DNA of 64,000 nt, taken from positions 15,176 to 79,175 of the forward strand of contig CAZBPY010000003.1 in the NCBI GenBank assembly GCA_964493895.1. The letters are read 5' to 3'. The DNA comes from an uncultured Candidatus Saccharibacteria bacterium (GTDB taxonomy: Bacteria; Patescibacteriota; Saccharimonadia; Saccharimonadales; JAGQNJ01). The translations under genes and the position numbers were made by a program. Within the stretch, counting starts at the first letter, position 1. Each line of letters begins with the position of its first letter. The notes beneath the pieces were generated by a model that saw nothing but the letters and a program-made list of their open reading frames with translations, did no database searches and was not told the origin of the DNA. Below, piece after piece: positions 59,976 through 64,000 of the stretch.

Positions 59976-60458
59976 CTAGCAATCGAAACTGAAATCGCTG
60001 TAGTCGGGCTGCCTGGCCAGTTCTTGGCAATCACTTTGGTGTTGTTGTTGACTCGCTTCTATTGCTTCGGCCTCTGCAGCAACCGCTCGCCATTCGTCAC
60101 GCTGGTCATAATAGGCGACCATCACAGATATGCCGGTCAAGTTTAACCGCAACTGGTCACCGTAGTAACAAAATATCTCTCCTGGTTTGTCGGGTGTATC
60201 ATCACTCCAAGCTAGACTGCCCTGCTCAGCGTCCTCTACCCCTGATTGACCTGACTGAGCATATTCGAGCAACTCGCCGACGGTCAGCCAATTATGCTCG
60301 GCGGCTCGCCGGGTTGTTATGCGTCCATCTACTATGGGGTGATGTGTAAATCCGCAAGCCTCAATTTCTTCACCGTTTCCAGTTGAACAAGCTGTAGCAC
60401 CAGCTAGTAGTGCCGCTGTCAAGGCTAAAGCTTTTGGTGCCAGTCGTCTTTCTGACAT
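59976..60458 (-). CDS. Hypothetical lipoprotein
   Basis: Signal peptide with lipobox LLAGATAC. AAAGGAG SD. Confidence 0.55.
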   Translation of the reverse strand: MSERRLAPKALALTAALLAGATACSTGNGEEIEACGFTHHPIVDGRITTRRAAEHNWLTVGELLEYAQSGQSGVEDAEQGSLAWSDDTPDKPGEIFCYYGDQLRLNLTGISVMVAYYDQRDEWRAVAAEAEAIEASQQQHQSDCQELARQPDYSDFSFDC

Positions 60459-60526
60459 ATGTCTCCTTTACTGGCCATATTACGCCAGCAATGACTCAAA
60501 GACAAGCACAAGCCTTTTTACGATAT

Positions 60527-60548
60527 AATATATCTTAAAAGATATATT
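60527..60548. repeat. AT-rich palindromic repeat element, copy 4 (AATATATCTTAAAAGATATATT)
   Basis: Perfect 10-2-10 palindrome, 54 nt downstream of the cytochrome b5 fusion gene and about 70 nt upstream of the lipoprotein gene. Confidence 0.6.
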
Positions 60549-60601
60549 TATGATCTGGGACTATGGTCTGGGACTGACGACCAGCCAGACCGGCCAATGA
60601 T

Positions 60602-61675
60602 CTACTCAGCGATTACGCCGATTTTGAATTGTTCTAGTTGACTAGCGGCGCTGGAGCTGTGCGGTGTGCCGCTGCCAATTGATCGGCCGTCAGCATCTTG
60701 GCGTTGGGTGAAGTGAGTGGTTGCATCTATGCCGCAGGCGCGCAAGATCTCAGATCCGCCAGGGTGGCTGGCAATAAAATCAGTGATGTCATAGACTGAA
60801 CCACGAATTATTGTCCAGCAATCCTCGGAGTTGTCATGAGTAGCTACTTCAGCAACCGTAAAAACCTCTCCCTCGATCGTCTCTGTCTCGGTCTCTGGAG
60901 CATCCTCGAATTCCTCAATCACAGTGCTGGTTTCCTCTACCGGTTGTTCGTCCTTATTGAGCTGGCCGTAGACTAACCAACCACCGCCGACCAATACGGC
61001 CATCACGACGATAATAGCTATTACTTTCTTCATTAATTTACCCTCCTTGTGGGCTTTAATTGCTTCGACTATTTGAATATACCCTATGCACACGGCTAAG
61101 ACCAAGGCATACCAAAGCCAAAGCGTTCTGTACCAACCTTGCTGTAGATTGGCACCCAATGCCAAAGCATGAGCTACAATCGCAAACATGGCAATGATTT
61201 GAGCGTACTCAATAATCGGCCACCAATTTTTTTGCTCGAACCAGCGCTTAGTCTCGAAGGCCAGAAAGGTCAGGAAAGCCAACGTCCCGAAAGTGGCTGC
61301 CCACTGCAAACTTATTCCAACATATTCCAGATAGCTCCCGGGCGGAAAACCAAGCCCCGCCAGCCAAAGACCGGCAATTAACAGAGACGGGTGCAGCAAA
61401 ATAAAAATCAACGCCGCCCAGCCAGTAACCTTAAAGTAATGTTTGAGCGGTTCCTTTTCTACCCCAGCCGCTCGCCTAATGGCTCCGACGACGTAATGAG
61501 CCCACATCAAGCTGAACGCCAACAGACCAAAGAGAGGGAAGAGCCGAAAATCAGTAAAAGTGGCTAATTCAAAACCTTCATAAACCTGCCCCCAGGCTAT
61601 GACGGCCAAAAGGCAGACCACCACACTTAAGGCCCAGGCGCTGGCGATAACCCCCCTTTGTTTCATACGAAGCAT
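60602..61675 (-). CDS. Polytopic membrane protein (His-rich six-TM heme-binding-like N-domain) fused to a C-terminal cytochrome b5-like domain
   Basis: C-terminus SEDCWTIIRGSVYDITDFIASHPGG matches the cytochrome b5 HPGG heme-binding motif. N-terminal six TM helices have conserved His. Confidence 0.6.
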   Translation of the reverse strand: MLRMKQRGVIASAWALSVVVCLLAVIAWGQVYEGFELATFTDFRLFPLFGLLAFSLMWAHYVVGAIRRAAGVEKEPLKHYFKVTGWAALIFILLHPSLLIAGLWLAGLGFPPGSYLEYVGISLQWAATFGTLAFLTFLAFETKRWFEQKNWWPIIEYAQIIAMFAIVAHALALGANLQQGWYRTLWLWYALVLAVCIGYIQIVEAIKAHKEGKLMKKVIAIIVVMAVLVGGGWLVYGQLNKDEQPVEETSTVIEEFEDAPETETETIEGEVFTVAEVATHDNSEDCWTIIRGSVYDITDFIASHPGGSEILRACGIDATTHFTQRQDADGRSIGSGTPHSSSAASQLEQFKIGVIAE

Positions 61676-61697
61676 TATACCACTAGGCTTTCTTAAC

Positions 61698-62162
61698 CTA
61701 GTCGATGTCAGCGAGTATATTCCAGTCTGTTTGGGCTTGATCGCCCATGATCACACCCAGCAACCCCTCAGCAAAGCGACCATCTTCCTTGATAGCTTCA
61801 ACGCTTGAAGGCAGTTGTAAGACGTCGAGCAAAGTGCAGCCGTGACGGCGCACATAATATTCAAGCCCGCCAAATAGCTCGTTAATGCCTGCCTCGTTAA
61901 CCTCATAATTTGTTACCGGTTTGGGGCCCCGGCGTAGTGTCTGACTTTCCACAACCTTGATAGTATCCAATAAACCTTTGTCTGCCAGAATTTTAGCTCT
62001 ACAAAGTATCAGTCCCCGCTTAACTGAATATCCTGTATCTTCAAGTTCTAGGTGCATTTCTCGCGGAGTGAATTTTGATCCCCCTCTTTGCCGCTGAGCA
62101 AAACCAAAACCCAGGACAGACAGTCCAGCCTTTTGCGTGCGCCTCCGCTTTTGCTCTGTCAT
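61698..62162 (-). CDS. Hypothetical protein, possible winged-helix (PadR-like) regulator
   Basis: GY...GLL...RRGPKPVTNYEVNEAG resembles PadR-type wHTH spacing. Weak. Confidence 0.35.
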   Translation of the reverse strand: MTEQKRRRTQKAGLSVLGFGFAQRQRGGSKFTPREMHLELEDTGYSVKRGLILCRAKILADKGLLDTIKVVESQTLRRGPKPVTNYEVNEAGINELFGGLEYYVRRHGCTLLDVLQLPSSVEAIKEDGRFAEGLLGVIMGDQAQTDWNILADID

Positions 62163-62243
62163 AATAACTAATTATGAAACTCTAGTCTGCCTGTTGCAAG
62201 CATAAGCCGATGAAAAAAGCACCAGCGATTGCTGATGCCCTCT

Positions 62244-62632
62244 TGGTGGAGCTGCAGGGAATTGCACCCTGGTCCGCGGGATTATTCGGTTAGTCGTCTA
62301 CAGGCTTAGTTTGTTTTCGATACTTGAAGCCGGGCCTAAAAACAAACAAAATAGCACGCGACTCGCAGTCCTAAAGTCTTAAGTTGCTTTACGGATCATA
62401 AAGCAACCGCAGCCAGAAAATATGGCACGCTCTAGGCCTATCCGGCGTCAGACTAGGCGCGGCTGTAGGCAATTAAGCTACAGCTGGTGCGAAAGCTAGA
62501 GCTTTGAACGGATTCAAAGCAGCTAGGCGTTCACTAATAGATGTTTTTGCATCTAAAAAAACTGCCTATAACGCTGACAAGCGGCCTGCGGATCTAACCA
62601 ATAAAGTCCTACGTCGAGCTAAAATCAGCCCC
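62244..62632 (-). ncRNA. ssrA: tmRNA (SsrA), 389 nt; predicted tag AKTSISERLAALNPFKALAFAPAVA
   Basis: 5' GGGGCUGAUUUUAGCUCGACGUAGGAC (compare E. coli GGGGCUGAUUCUGGAUUCGACGGGAU). tRNA-like 3' end with T-arm cagggUGCAAUUccctg, acceptor CAGCUCC-A-CCA and a G3:U Ala determinant. Resume codon GCA at RNA position 83. Tag ORF 62473..62550 ends UAA. Confidence 0.8.
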
Positions 62633-62643
62633 ATGTACACTTA

Positions 62644-62652
62644 TTATACCAT
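62644..62652 (-). promoter_or_regulatory. Extended -10 TGGTATAAT upstream of ssrA
   Basis: Located 10 nt upstream of the mature tmRNA 5' end. Confidence 0.4.
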
Positions 62653-62827
62653 AAGCGGTCAAGATATCATACCCTGCTCTACTTGTGACTTTGCTCACAC
62701 TCAGAGTTATGAAATGAAAGTAGGGAAGTAGCAAATTTTGGGATAGGGGAGTTTTTTAGGTTTTTTGGGCCGGCATCCCCAGTCACCAATTTCTTTAGTG
62801 TGTTATTTTTACAACAAAGGGTAGGGG

Positions 62828-63616
62828 CTAGGGGAGGGCGAGGTAGAGTTGATGCCACTGTTCTAGTGACAACTCTTGAGCCCTGGCATCTGGACTAATC
62901 CTAGCTCTGAGCAGTAAATCACCTGGGTCAATTCCCTTGTCCAAACCACTTTTCAGCGCTGACTTGAGCTTCTTTCGTCTCTGTGAAAAGCCAGCTTTGA
63001 CCAGCCTGAAGAATCTATTACTGTCAATACCCGGAAACAGTGGTTGAGGGCGGCGGCGGAGAATCAGAATCTGGGAATCAACCTTCGGGGGCGGCGTAAA
63101 TAAGTGGGCCAGGACCAGCTCGCCGGGCTCAACTTCATAAAATAACTGCAGCGCCACGGCCACGAAAGACAACTTCCCTGGCTCCGCCGCCGCCCGCTCG
63201 GCCACTTCTTTCTGGACCAGCAGCACGGCTGTCGCCGGCTTATGCTGGCTATCAATCAGTTTTCGAAACAAGTTGGCTGTCAGGTAGTAAGGAATATTTG
63301 CCACGACTTTATAGCTGTCGGGCAGTGACGACAGATCAAAAGTTCGGATATCACCCTCTTGGATCTGAAGCTGGTTGTCCCAAGTTTTAGCAAATTTTTT
63401 ATGCAAAGGTTCGATGGCATCTTGGTCAAACTCTAGTGCCAACACTTCGGCCCCCTTCTCCAGCAGCACCTCTGTCAAACTGCCGGTTCCGGGCCCAATT
63501 TCTAAAACCTGATCCCCGGCGGCCACCTCGGCGGCGTCGGCTATTGATTCCAGTGAAGCTCGGTCAGTCAGCCAGTGCTGGCCTAGCGACTTTTTAGCCC
63601 AGGGTAAGTCATTCAT
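62828..63616 (-). CDS. rsmA: 16S rRNA (adenine1518/1519-N6)-dimethyltransferase RsmA/KsgA
   Basis: SAM-binding LEIGPGTGSLT and NIPY motif. Confidence 0.85.
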   Translation of the reverse strand: MNDLPWAKKSLGQHWLTDRASLESIADAAEVAAGDQVLEIGPGTGSLTEVLLEKGAEVLALEFDQDAIEPLHKKFAKTWDNQLQIQEGDIRTFDLSSLPDSYKVVANIPYYLTANLFRKLIDSQHKPATAVLLVQKEVAERAAAEPGKLSFVAVALQLFYEVEPGELVLAHLFTPPPKVDSQILILRRRPQPLFPGIDSNRFFRLVKAGFSQRRKKLKSALKSGLDKGIDPGDLLLRARISPDARAQELSLEQWHQLYLALP

Positions 63617-63619
63617 GGC

Positions 63620-64000
63620 TCACCACCAGTGATTAACACTCCAAAAGCTATAGGCCTGCTGCCAGCTGCCGTAGCGGCCATTGGCATAACCAGAGAAGTG
63701 GTTCAGCTGACAAACCGGGTCAGTCTGCCAGTTTGGACAAGCACTAATCAAGATCTGAGCGTTACAACGCTGTCCTAGGCCAATACAGCGGTTAGAGCTT
63801 ACTGCCGCCGGGTTCCAACCCGACTCCCGGCCAATGATGTAATCGACATATTGGTACTGTGACGGATCGATGCCGGCAGCTCGCATCCAGTCCAATTTGC
63901 TGCCGCTGACTGAACCGCTTGGCACCTTGCTGCCCTTGGCAACAATTCGGTTGACCGGACTGACCGCCAAGACCTCGTGCAGAACAGCTCGCTGCGTCGG
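63620..64000 (-). CDS. Lytic transglycosylase (SLT/lysozyme-like domain) protein; N-terminus probably outside the window
   Basis: IIGRESGWNPAAVSSNRCIGLGQ matches the SLT ES...GLMQ catalytic motif. Frame is open upstream to the window end (TTG at 63970 may be internal). Confidence 0.5.
   Translation of the reverse strand, partial: PTQRAVLHEVLAVSPVNRIVAKGSKVPSGSVSGSKLDWMRAAGIDPSQYQYVDYIIGRESGWNPAAVSSNRCIGLGQRCNAQILISACPNWQTDPVCQLNHFSGYANGRYGSWQQAYSFWSVNHWW

Noticed and set aside
62504-62731. 75-aa + strand ORF
   Set aside because: Lies entirely antisense to the tmRNA gene (62244..62632); an artefact of the structured RNA.

Overview
This 64 kb window is a dense, mostly minus-strand block of housekeeping genes from a small-genome bacterium with a Gram-positive-type envelope. 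Evidence for the envelope type is the SLH domain, the LysM/CHAP hydrolase, the alaS-ruvX-mltG cluster and rpsP followed by a KH-domain gene. It could come from a Patescibacteria/Saccharibacteria-like or Firmicutes-like lineage; taxonomy cannot be fixed from sequence alone. GC is about 50%. Confidently recognisable genes include a P-type cation ATPase, a nickel superoxide dismutase with a small S26 maturation-peptidase candidate beside it, trmD, rnc, nusB, leuS, murF, ligA, htpX/lemA, uvrC, uvrA, trhO, two half-size ABC exporters, rplY, sbcB, obg, mltG, ruvX, a ftsA-like actin-fold ATPase, alaS, mnmA, a cysteine desulfurase, tatD, metG, a GH37 trehalase and rsmA. RNA genes are seven tRNAs (Ala, three Leu, Val, Phe, Gly) and a tmRNA on the minus strand at 62244..62632. 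The observations most worth a second look are: (1) a complete Nudix-fold domain with a degenerate Nudix box inserted into the LeuRS CP1/editing region; (2) the sodN-sodX nickel SOD pair next to a second, unusual signal-peptidase-I fusion protein; (3) a protein with a type IV prepilin-like N-terminus and an SLH domain; (4) a conserved 22-bp AT-rich palindrome present four times, always at gene 3' ends or intergenic; (5) a recurring 'TGTTATAAT-N6-8-start codon' arrangement suggesting leaderless mRNAs; (6) a tRNA-rich island carrying an HNH endonuclease and orphan proteins; (7) an upstream small ORF with a strong promoter ahead of the ABC exporter pair. No CRISPR array, rRNA, transposase or integrase was seen.
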